Shown piece by piece: positions 1 through 8,090 of a stretch of 27,922 bases of DNA. The notes beneath the pieces are model-generated. The model searched no databases, had not been told where the DNA came from, and saw nothing but the letters and a program-made list of their open reading frames with translations. Made by a program: the position numbers and the translations under genes. The DNA is from a virus (taxonomy: Duplodnaviria; Caudoviricetes), in IMG/VR virus record IMGVR_UViG_3300020151_001461, positions 1 through 27,922 of that record, one strand, 5' to 3'. Numbering within the stretch: position 1 is the first letter of the stretch; each line of letters starts with the position of its first letter.

Positions 1-970
1 TAGCTTCAGCATCCTCTTGTTTTTGTCGTTTTGATGCTTTATAAGTATCTTTTGAACCTGCTTCATGACCATATTCATCAACAGGAACACCATCTATAGT
101 TCTCTGTTTTGCAGGAGTAATTCTATTACCATTTTCATCAATTGGTATTAATGGAAATTCTTCTGGATTCTGTAATCCATATTTTTTCCAATCGCTAAGT
201 TCTGGGTTGCCATAATCTGGTTCATTAGGATTAGCCAAGTAAGGTGGTCCAGAACCCCTATCACTCACTCGCCAAACATTATGAGGTTTATTTAAAATTG
301 GTTTTTGATCAAAAGCATCTGGATTAAAATTAAATTTTAATTTTGGTTGTTCTGGTGGAAATGTAATAGGTACTTCTATTGGTGGAGGAGGAATAGGAGG
401 AACTATTGGATTTTTTATAGGAGTAGGAGCAGTTTCTGGTTTTTTTTCTGGAGTTGGTGCAGGAACTTTTTCGGGAATTTTTGGGGTTTCTGAAGCTTTC
501 TTGGCTGTTTGTTCTTTTTTTCCTTCAATATCTGAAGGTGCATCACCTTGACCAGGCACTTGTTTATTTCCTGGTGACTTACCGTTATCATTTCCTGTGG
601 ATTCTGGTCCTTTACTTTCACCAGATTTATTTCCAGAACCTGGGCCATCACCAGGATTAGTACCAGGACCAGGACCTTTATCAGGACCTGGTTTATTTCC
701 TGGTCCTCCTCCTGAACCTCCAGAAGGTTTTGGTCTTATAAAAGGTAGAGGTGGTGGTGGTTTTGGTTGACCTGGTTTTGGTGGTTGTTTACGATTAGAT
801 GCAACAGAATCTCTAGATACCTTAGTCATAATATTTACTAACGCATCTTTGGTGGTTTTAAGTTTATCTAAATCACCAGATTTTACAGATTTTGCAGCAT
901 CATTAAGAAGTTTCTTCAAAGACGCTATATCCAATGCTTTTATTTTATTTTTTGGATTATTTTCTGCCAC
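1..970 (-). CDS. Pro/Gly-rich protein, 3' end truncated by window edge (at least 323 aa); possible hub or tape-measure-associated virion protein
   Basis: Read manually: GTG at 970-968 with AGAGGT SD just upstream; frame stays open to position 2 (MAENNPKNKIKALDIASLKKLLND...KPGQPKPPPPLP...GPGNKPGPDKGPGPGTNPGDGPG...PEKVPAPTPEKKPETAPTP...QKQEDAEA). Directly follows the gp51-like gene on the same strand. Function is inferred from position only. Confidence 0.75.
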   Translation of the reverse strand, partial: MAENNPKNKIKALDIASLKKLLNDAAKSVKSGDLDKLKTTKDALVNIMTKVSRDSVASNRKQPPKPGQPKPPPPLPFIRPKPSGGSGGGPGNKPGPDKGPGPGTNPGDGPGSGNKSGESKGPESTGNDNGKSPGNKQVPGQGDAPSDIEGKKEQTAKKASETPKIPEKVPAPTPEKKPETAPTPIKNPIVPPIPPPPIEVPITFPPEQPKLKFNFNPDAFDQKPILNKPHNVWRVSDRGSGPPYLANPNEPDYGNPELSDWKKYGLQNPEEFPLIPIDENGNRITPAKQRTIDGVPVDEYGHEAGSKDTYKASKRQKQEDAEA

Positions 971-974
971 TTAA

Positions 975-1166
975 TTAACCTCTTGTTCGTTTTCTTGCTG
1001 CATCTATGCTATCCTTTTTCCTTTTCATATCCTTTAAATATAGACCAATATATACTTTTCTTTCCCACGGTGTCATATCTTCAAGCTCAGTCAAACTAAA
1101 TATTTTGCTCTCAATCAACGAGTAATTACTTTCATACATCGTTTTCAAACTTTCGACTGAGAGCAT
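975..1166 (-). CDS. gp51: Baseplate hub assembly catalyst, gp51-like
   Basis: 63 aa with the motif FSLTELEDMTPWERKVYIGL typical of short gp51-like proteins in aquatic T4-like phages; TAATG overlap with gp26. Confidence 0.75.
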   Translation of the reverse strand: MLSVESLKTMYESNYSLIESKIFSLTELEDMTPWERKVYIGLYLKDMKRKKDSIDAARKRTRG

Positions 1167-1879
1167 TAGTGAAAAAAATCTTTAAATTTATCTATTACTA
1201 TTGGTATAATGTTTCCTGTTGATGGTGATACAAACTCGTCTTTATATGTAATCTTTGGCATATCTTTAAAAAAATCTAATATTTTATTAAACATTTCAAT
1301 TGTTAAAGAATCTATAAAAATTTCCATTTCTTCTTGTGGAATATCCTTTGTTAGAATCACTTCTTCTTTCGTATAAATCTTATCTATCGATTTTGCCATT
1401 ATTTTGTAAATAGTTCTTTTTTCTGCTTCATCATTTAATTCTGAAAATACTGTTATAGGAGGATATTTAACAGAAACCCCAAAAGAATCATTCATTGCAA
1501 TATTAAAATTTAATTTAAGTTTATCTAAATTTGTTACTTGTATGTTTTCCAATTTCATTGCTGTATCAAATTTTTCATTTGTTTTTGGATCTTTTATGAT
1601 AATTTCCACAATCTCACCCATAGATTTCATTCTTAATTGAATGAATAGATATTCTATGTCAAAATAAGGCATTTCTTCTATATTGATATCTTCTTTATAG
1701 CAATTTTGCATTACATTTTGAATTGCACTATGTATTTGATGTATATCATCAGATTGCTTTGCAATAAGTATTAATTTTTCTTCTCTTACTACAAATGGTC
1801 TAAACGATACTGTTTTTCCAGTTGATGGTACAGTAGTTGTATAATATGGTAAACTTATTAAACTTTTCAAATCAATCAT
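1166..1879 (-). CDS. gp26: Baseplate hub subunit/assembly chaperone gp26 (T4_baseplate family)
   Basis: LPYYTTTVPSTGKTVSFRPFVVREEKLILIA, FDIEYLFIQLRMKSMGE, VKYP and KILDFFKDMPK motifs; AGGAG SD upstream. Confidence 0.9.
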   Translation of the reverse strand: MIDLKSLISLPYYTTTVPSTGKTVSFRPFVVREEKLILIAKQSDDIHQIHSAIQNVMQNCYKEDINIEEMPYFDIEYLFIQLRMKSMGEIVEIIIKDPKTNEKFDTAMKLENIQVTNLDKLKLNFNIAMNDSFGVSVKYPPITVFSELNDEAEKRTIYKIMAKSIDKIYTKEEVILTKDIPQEEMEIFIDSLTIEMFNKILDFFKDMPKITYKDEFVSPSTGNIIPIVIDKFKDFFH

Positions 1880-1897
1880 TATTTTCTCCTAATTATT

Positions 1898-3301
1898 TTA
1901 ACCCAACATAGATTGGTGTTGCGCTTCATACATGTTTGGCAATGGTTCTTCAACTGGCGTGGGAACATAAGTACCATTTTTAATTTCATCTAAAGTATTT
2001 TTATCAATAAAATCTTCTCTTGTTAAGAGTTGAGTTTCTATTAATGTAATAGTAAGAACTATACTTGTAGGACTACCATCATGAAAATGTGTATATGTTC
2101 CTGTTCCATTTAGATATGATATTTGAACATCACTTATAAAACATGGTCTTTTATTGTATGACAACACTGAACTTCTTTCATTATTTATTGCCATATGGAA
2201 ATCACATGTACCTGGAAAATTATATAATAGTTCATCAGCAGTTAAAGTTGGATATGAGTGTTGTTTTATTTTTTCTATCATTTGAATAAATGTATCATAG
2301 TCATTTTTATTAGTTGGTATATAATTAAAAGTGAATTGCCATTGTCTAGCAACTGGTGATTGATACAGATTTTCTGCCATAGGATTTATAGCAAGTCTTG
2401 TTTTTGCAGAAGCATAGTTTTTCAAATACCCAACAATATCTGTTGTATTAGGATTAAAGTTTCGTAAATCTTTTTTATTTGATGTGTCTTTTTCTCTTCT
2501 TTGATTAACAAAGAAATTTACAGCAGATTCCGCAATATTAAGTCCCATTTGTATAGGACTTAACTGAGCACCACCTATTGTATGTGAATGTGAATCTATA
2601 ATTTGTTCTTGCGGCATAGGTAATATTATTTCTGTATAATGATAATTATCAACATCATCCTTTGTTATATTAGCAGGATCGCTTGCGCCACTTTCAGTTT
2701 TTTCATAAAACGCTTCTTGACCATTTTCCAAATAATCCATCATTCTACCACTAGTTAAGGAAGTTTTACTTGCTGCTTCGGCTATACTATTACCAAAGGT
2801 ATTAGCAACATCACCAATGTTACCTTTAATCCCTTCATATATCAATCCAGCCATTCCAGCGCCTGGTATTTTGTCAATTACATTGTTAATTAAAGAAGTT
2901 CCCAAAGAAGTTATTCCAGACACATCACCTGCAACTATACCTATATCTTTAATAAACTTTCCAGTATTTTCAAACGGATTAATTTCATTTCTATTTGTTC
3001 TTGGAGAATATAACTTTAAAATAAATCTATCTTTCATTCTTGTTACATCTGTGGTATATGCCATTTGTAATGGAAAATTGTAATTTGGAGATTTTGATGA
3101 GAGTAACTCTCCTTGAGCAGTATTGCGTATGGTTGCTGTAGCAGAGTTTACAAGAGCAATTTGAGCAACTGTGGCTATTGCACTCTGATATGGAGAGAAC
3201 CCAAGGGTTCCAAATTGCATAGCCATTTCTGTTAATCCTGGGAAATATGCGTCATCTGTTACGCCATTATTGTAAATGTAATTTGTAGGAAATGAACTCA
3301 T
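1898..3301 (-). CDS. gp48: Baseplate tail-tube cap, gp48-like
   Basis: IILPMP, INPMAENLYQSPVARQWQFTFNYIP, IEKIKQHSYP, PCFISDVQISY and DGSPTSIVLTITLIETQLLTRED motifs match gp48-like tube-fold proteins; AAAGGT SD upstream. Confidence 0.8.
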   Translation of the reverse strand: MSSFPTNYIYNNGVTDDAYFPGLTEMAMQFGTLGFSPYQSAIATVAQIALVNSATATIRNTAQGELLSSKSPNYNFPLQMAYTTDVTRMKDRFILKLYSPRTNRNEINPFENTGKFIKDIGIVAGDVSGITSLGTSLINNVIDKIPGAGMAGLIYEGIKGNIGDVANTFGNSIAEAASKTSLTSGRMMDYLENGQEAFYEKTESGASDPANITKDDVDNYHYTEIILPMPQEQIIDSHSHTIGGAQLSPIQMGLNIAESAVNFFVNQRREKDTSNKKDLRNFNPNTTDIVGYLKNYASAKTRLAINPMAENLYQSPVARQWQFTFNYIPTNKNDYDTFIQMIEKIKQHSYPTLTADELLYNFPGTCDFHMAINNERSSVLSYNKRPCFISDVQISYLNGTGTYTHFHDGSPTSIVLTITLIETQLLTREDFIDKNTLDEIKNGTYVPTPVEEPLPNMYEAQHQSMLG

Positions 3302-3335
3302 CTAATATATACCTTTGTTAGAATACTCGTCTTAT

Positions 3336-3343
3336 TATTTATA
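3336..3343 (-). promoter_or_regulatory. T4-type late promoter (TATAAATA) for the gp48-gp26-gp51 operon
   Basis: Plus strand TATTTATA reads TATAAATA on minus, the exact T4 gp55 late-promoter consensus. It lies in the 41-bp divergent gap about 35 bp upstream of the gp48 start. Confidence 0.7.
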
Positions 3344-3777
3344 TGTCATATAGAGGAAAATATAAACCAGAAAACCCAAACAAATATGTAGGAAACTACG
3401 CCAATATTATCTATAGATCGTTATTGGAAAGAAGATTTATGGTGTTTTGCGATAGAAATCCTAATATTTTAAAGTGGGCATCAGAAGAAATGGCTATACC
3501 CTATATTTCTCCAATGGATAATAGGGTTCATAGGTATTATGTAGATTTTATTATAGAAGTCAAGGAAAAGGAAGAAAAGATCAAAACTTACCTTGTAGAG
3601 ATAAAACCACACAGACAATGCACAGAACCTAAGGCTACTAAGAGCAAATCTCGCAGAACATTTTTGAAAGAAATAGCAACTTGGAGCATAAATACCTCTA
3701 AGTGGAAGGCTGCTACAGAGTTTGCTAATAAACATAATTGGGAATTTAAACTAATAACTGAAAAGAATTTAACCTAA
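3343..3777 (+). CDS. gp4: Head completion nuclease gp4 (TnsA-like PD-(D/E)XK fold)
   Basis: YRGKYKPENPNKYVG, IIYRSLLERRFM, WASEE..IPYISP.D.RVHRYYVDF, LVEIKP and KWKAA...W.FKLITE are the characteristic gp4 signature. Confidence 0.93.
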   Translation: MSYRGKYKPENPNKYVGNYANIIYRSLLERRFMVFCDRNPNILKWASEEMAIPYISPMDNRVHRYYVDFIIEVKEKEEKIKTYLVEIKPHRQCTEPKATKSKSRRTFLKEIATWSINTSKWKAATEFANKHNWEFKLITEKNLT

Positions 3778-3788
3778 GGATACTAAGT

Positions 3789-4850
3789 ATGGCATTTGTT
3801 AAAAACGCTCTTGATTCAATATTTCCTCCATCAGCTGAAACTTTAATGAAACGTGGGGCTGCACTTGCTCAATATAATGATGAAAAATTAGAAGCTAGAG
3901 AAGTATTTAATCCTACTTCTAAAAAACAACAAGAACCTGTAGATCCTAATAATCCATTTTCTTCTTTAGGAATAGGTCTAAAGATTGGTAGTTTCAATTT
4001 TGGACTTGCAACGGCGCAAGATACACAAAAAGGCGAAAAAATTGATTATTCTGCTTTTTTAATACAGGCTGGTACATTATTACGTACTAATAAGTTTATG
4101 TGTACTGTGTTTTTGCCAAGTCAACTTGCAAGACCTACTTCAAATAGAGCAATGACATATGCTTGCGAAGCCGTGTCTATTCCACCTCAAACAATAGAAA
4201 CTATGGATTATAGGATGAATATGATGCCAGCGGTTAAAGCACCATTTATGAGAAATTTTGGTAATGAAATTACATTAACATTTAGAATGTACGGTAATAA
4301 TAACAATACAAGTCAAAAGGGATTATCTTTTGGTATAAGTTCTGGTGATTTCGGACTTGGTATATCAGCAGGTAGTCAAAATCAACAAGCAAATCATTCT
4401 ATGGAACCAAGAGCATCAATGCTTAAATGGCAAAATTTAATTGTAAATTTTGATGGAGACTCTGCTGGTGCTAGGTATTTTGATGAATTTAGTGCAGATT
4501 CAACTATAATAGTATCACAACTTGATACAGCGAGTAATGTTGTGCATAACATGGAATTTATAAATGCTTATCCTACTGTGGTTGAAGGATTGAGTTATGC
4601 ATGGGAAGACCCTGGACAATATTTAAAACAAAATATAACATTTGCATTTTCTAGAGTAGTTGATTCATATTATACTAAATCGGGCGGGTCATTCGATTCT
4701 AAACAAGGTGGATTGGGAATTGGTGAAATTTTTCAAGCTATTAGTGATATTGCTACTGGTAATTTGGGTGGGATTGCAAATACTTTAGGTCTTGGTGGTG
4801 TTTTGTCTGGTAATGGCACAGAAGGAATTGCTGGCGGTGTTCGAATATAA
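3789..4850 (+). CDS. Tail tube initiator / tail-tube-family protein (gp54/gp19-like)
   Basis: RTNKFMC, CEAVSIPPQTIET, EITLTF, WQNLI, IIVSQLD and FINAYPTVVEGLSYAWE...QNITFAF match the gp19/gp54 tube fold; AAGGA SD. Position in the baseplate cluster favours gp54. Confidence 0.75.
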   Translation: MAFVKNALDSIFPPSAETLMKRGAALAQYNDEKLEAREVFNPTSKKQQEPVDPNNPFSSLGIGLKIGSFNFGLATAQDTQKGEKIDYSAFLIQAGTLLRTNKFMCTVFLPSQLARPTSNRAMTYACEAVSIPPQTIETMDYRMNMMPAVKAPFMRNFGNEITLTFRMYGNNNNTSQKGLSFGISSGDFGLGISAGSQNQQANHSMEPRASMLKWQNLIVNFDGDSAGARYFDEFSADSTIIVSQLDTASNVVHNMEFINAYPTVVEGLSYAWEDPGQYLKQNITFAFSRVVDSYYTKSGGSFDSKQGGLGIGEIFQAISDIATGNLGGIANTLGLGGVLSGNGTEGIAGGVRI

Positions 4851-4862
4851 AAGGATAAATAA

Positions 4863-5618
4863 ATGTTTTTTACAAGACATAATAAATTAACAATAGTAGA
4901 TACTCCTACAAATTCTCTTAAAAGTATAACAGATATTACTTCTTATATTAATTTTGCTAGTAATTTAAAAAATACAAAAGTATGCGTACCATATAATATT
5001 GTAGAAGGTGATACACCAGAATCTTTGTCTAATTCTTTTTACGATTTACAATCATATTCTTGGATTATACTTTTAGTAAATCAAATAACAAATATTAATA
5101 CTGATTGGCCAAAATCATCAACATCATTTGACAATTATTTAAATCAAAAATATGGTGACAATATTTCTCTATTTTTAAAATTAGATAGTATTAAGGATTA
5201 TGATATTAAAAAAGGAAATAGTATTTGTGTTTTAGGATCACCAGAAAAAACTATAGCAGATGTTGTAAGCTGGGATGCATCGTTAAGCAAATTAGTTTTA
5301 AGTCCTACAGTTAGTTTACAAAAGTTTCAAAAAAACAATAAAATAGCGTATCTGTCTGATCCTAGTACTGAAATAGCAACTATAGGTAGAGTAGTTAATT
5401 ATGATGTTCAAAGCCTTCATCATTTTGAATTAGAAAATCAATATATAGATCCCTTGTTAGGTCTTCTTCAAGCATATATTAATGGTGCAAATGAGAATGT
5501 TATTACAAATTATGATTATGAAATGTCTCAAAATAATTTAAAGAGATCTATTTTTCTTCCAAAAAAAGAATATATTCAATCAATCATGAGAGAATATAGT
5601 AATTTATATAAACAATGA
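4863..5618 (+). CDS. gp53: Baseplate wedge subunit gp53 (LysM-like)
   Basis: YNIVEGDTPESLSNSFY...SWIILLVNQI.NINTDWP, YLNQKYG, LHHFE and ITNYDYE..NNLKRSI motifs. Confidence 0.9.
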   Translation: MFFTRHNKLTIVDTPTNSLKSITDITSYINFASNLKNTKVCVPYNIVEGDTPESLSNSFYDLQSYSWIILLVNQITNINTDWPKSSTSFDNYLNQKYGDNISLFLKLDSIKDYDIKKGNSICVLGSPEKTIADVVSWDASLSKLVLSPTVSLQKFQKNNKIAYLSDPSTEIATIGRVVNYDVQSLHHFELENQYIDPLLGLLQAYINGANENVITNYDYEMSQNNLKRSIFLPKKEYIQSIMREYSNLYKQ

Positions 5619-7036
5619 GAAATTTAGATTATATTAGTGGAATAACTTTAAGATCTGATGATCAGACAATTGATATTACCAATCTTGTTCATCAAATTGA
5701 TATTTATCAAAATATAAATGAAAATCTTGTAACAGGAACATTAACACTTCAAGATACATCATCTTCAAGATTATCAAAATTATTTAGAGAAAGTCTAGTG
5801 GGTAAGGGTGAGGAGTTAACATTTGCTCTTAAAACTTCTACTAAACCAGCATCAAAATCGCAAGAATTAGATTTTAAAAAATATTATATCTATAAAGTTT
5901 CAATTCTACCATTAGAAGCACAAGGTGGTGGATTATCTAGACAATTTATTGTATTAAATTTTTCATCAGCATATATGTTTTTAAATGAATTTAGAAAAGT
6001 AACAAATTCCTATTATGATACATTGAGTAATATTGCTTCTAAAATTGCTGAAAATCAACTAGGTATAAAACTAACAGATATAGAAGATACAAAAGACAAA
6101 CAGTATATAATCATACCAAATTTATCACCTATGCAAAGTATATCTTGGTTAGCAGCAAGATCGTATAGTACTCCAGAAACTAATCAAAATTTTGATATTG
6201 CAGGTAAAATGTGGAATGCTGCGTCTTCTATATTGGGTACTTCAACTATTCCAGATATAGTAAATAATAATTATGTATTTTATGAAGATATAGATCATAA
6301 TTTTCACTTTCGTTCGATTGGCAGTATGTTTTTAAAAGAACCAGTCATAGGCGAGGTTGGTAAAGATGGAATAGTGTTAAAAGTTAGATCAAAAACACAT
6401 TTGGGTGATTACTCAGCATCCTTTAATGCCATACATCACACCTCAAAATCAGTATCACCTATAACTAATTTAAAAAATGGAATGTATGCTGCTACTAATT
6501 TAACATTTGATTTAACTAGAAAAAAATATGCAAAACAAACCATGGCATATAAAGACTTATTTTCCACGCAAACTCATCTGTATCCTAAGCAATTAATTGA
6601 TCCAACATTAGATCCAGAATTAAATATAATGAATAATGTATATAATCATCCAGAAGCGGTTCAAAAATATAATGCAAAGTCTTCATATTTATTTTCACAA
6701 AATGAAAATCCTTTAATGGGTAATACTCCAACTAATAATGTAGACAAATGGTTGTTACGAAGAGTAGCATCTATGGAGGCTATGGATCAACAAGGAATAG
6801 ATTTAGAATTACGAGGAAACGCAGGAATACAATTAGGCGATGTTGTTATGTTTTCTACTCAGTATATAAATAAGAGTATATCTTTAGAATTTAGTAAATT
6901 TGAAGATAATTTCTTTGTTGGTAAATTTCTAATAACAAAAATTAAACATAGTATAGAGTATAATAATAGTCAACAAGGATATACCATGAGAACTTTTTTA
7001 TCTCTTAGAAGAGATTGTGATTACGGAGGTCAATAA
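5615..7036 (+). CDS. Baseplate central hub protein, gp27-like (late control D/VgrG N-terminal fold)
   Basis: DITNLVHQIDIYQNI...TGTLTLQD, IIPNLSPMQSISWLA, YVFYED..FHFRSI, LRGNAGIQLGDVV and GKFLITKIKHSI motifs; lies between gp53 and gp5; ATGA overlap. Confidence 0.7.
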   Translation: MRNLDYISGITLRSDDQTIDITNLVHQIDIYQNINENLVTGTLTLQDTSSSRLSKLFRESLVGKGEELTFALKTSTKPASKSQELDFKKYYIYKVSILPLEAQGGGLSRQFIVLNFSSAYMFLNEFRKVTNSYYDTLSNIASKIAENQLGIKLTDIEDTKDKQYIIIPNLSPMQSISWLAARSYSTPETNQNFDIAGKMWNAASSILGTSTIPDIVNNNYVFYEDIDHNFHFRSIGSMFLKEPVIGEVGKDGIVLKVRSKTHLGDYSASFNAIHHTSKSVSPITNLKNGMYAATNLTFDLTRKKYAKQTMAYKDLFSTQTHLYPKQLIDPTLDPELNIMNNVYNHPEAVQKYNAKSSYLFSQNENPLMGNTPTNNVDKWLLRRVASMEAMDQQGIDLELRGNAGIQLGDVVMFSTQYINKSISLEFSKFEDNFFVGKFLITKIKHSIEYNNSQQGYTMRTFLSLRRDCDYGGQ

Positions 7037-8089
7037 ATGTCTGGATTTTTAGGAAAAGATGGTTTTGCTTGGTTCTTTGGCGTTGTCGAAGATCGAATGG
7101 ATCCATTAGAAATTGGTAGAGTAAGAGTAAGAGTTTTTGGTTATCATGATGCAGATAGAAATATATTGCCTACTGGTAATTTACCTTGGGCAACCGTTAT
7201 TCAACCTGCTACATCAGCCAACTTCTCTGGTAAAGGATTTTCATCTGTAGGACTAATAGAAGGTAGTTGGGTATTTGGTTTCTTTGCTGATCCTAATTCA
7301 TATCAAGTACCAGTTATATTAGGTTCTATAAGCGGATTAAATGCTGCAACTTTGAAAGATTTAAATGAAGGATATGGAAGCGGGTTTAAAGATCCAAGAA
7401 CGCCAGAGGAAATTGCAAATTATCCAACAGACCAAATAGAAAGAGATTATCCCCAAGGACAAGGAATCCGAGGAGATATTCACGGCGCTCAGTTGAGTAG
7501 TACACCTAAATCAAAACCATATCCAAGTATATTATACGCTTCTGGTGCAAATAAAAAACCTGCTGGAACACCTGATACTAATATTTTAGCATTAAATGAT
7601 GCAAACCGAATAAATCAAACTATAGTAGATCTTAAAACAAGAACAAGATCAGAAGGTGGATTGAGAGATGAAAATATACCAGTAGCTGATATATTTTTTC
7701 CAAAGTTTGCTACTGGAGTATTGAATGCAACTCTTGTTAATCTGGGAACTGTTAAATTATTAGGAATACCACCGAATGTTGTTTTATCTTCTTCTGTTTC
7801 TTCTATGAAAGCAACTTCTAATAACTTTAAAGCAAATCCTACAGATGCAAACGGAAAAAGAATTCATACTGGTTTAAGTCCTCGAGCAATGTTACAAAGT
7901 TTAACAAAGAGTCCTCCATTCTACACTAATGTTATAAACTTGGGAAAACAAACAATGAATACTATAACAACTTCTTTTAATACCGCTCTTGCTTTTCCTG
8001 GTGATGTTACTAGTGAGGCAGTTTCTGGTTTTTTTGGAACAACATCTACTACCACATCATCATCAACCGCACCAACAGGAAATATATAA
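7037..8089 (+). CDS. gp5: gp5 N-terminal part (OB-fold baseplate hub domain); no recognisable lysozyme domain
   Basis: WFFGVVEDRMDPLEIGRVRVRVFGYH...LPWA and GLIEGSWVFGFFAD..QVPVILGSI are the Gp5_OB signature; GGAGG SD; ends at TAA 8087-8089. Confidence 0.9.
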   Translation: MSGFLGKDGFAWFFGVVEDRMDPLEIGRVRVRVFGYHDADRNILPTGNLPWATVIQPATSANFSGKGFSSVGLIEGSWVFGFFADPNSYQVPVILGSISGLNAATLKDLNEGYGSGFKDPRTPEEIANYPTDQIERDYPQGQGIRGDIHGAQLSSTPKSKPYPSILYASGANKKPAGTPDTNILALNDANRINQTIVDLKTRTRSEGGLRDENIPVADIFFPKFATGVLNATLVNLGTVKLLGIPPNVVLSSSVSSMKATSNNFKANPTDANGKRIHTGLSPRAMLQSLTKSPPFYTNVINLGKQTMNTITTSFNTALAFPGDVTSEAVSGFFGTTSTTTSSSTAPTGNI

Positions 8090-8090
8090 T

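Noticed and set aside
415-660. ORF-track entries 415..651 (-) and 454..660 (+)
   Set aside because: Alternative-frame and antisense shadows of the longer Pro/Gly-rich gene starting at 970.
7640-7700. RSEGGLRDE resembling the T4 gp5 lysozyme RDEGLR motif
   Set aside because: The downstream D..G..TIGIGH catalytic segment is missing, so the similarity is probably chance.
7989-8090. Upstream start and His/Gln-rich leader (PHHHQPHQQ) for gp5C
   Set aside because: It is the +1 reading of the S/T-rich tail of gp5-N; ATG 8091 has an SD and stop-start coupling.
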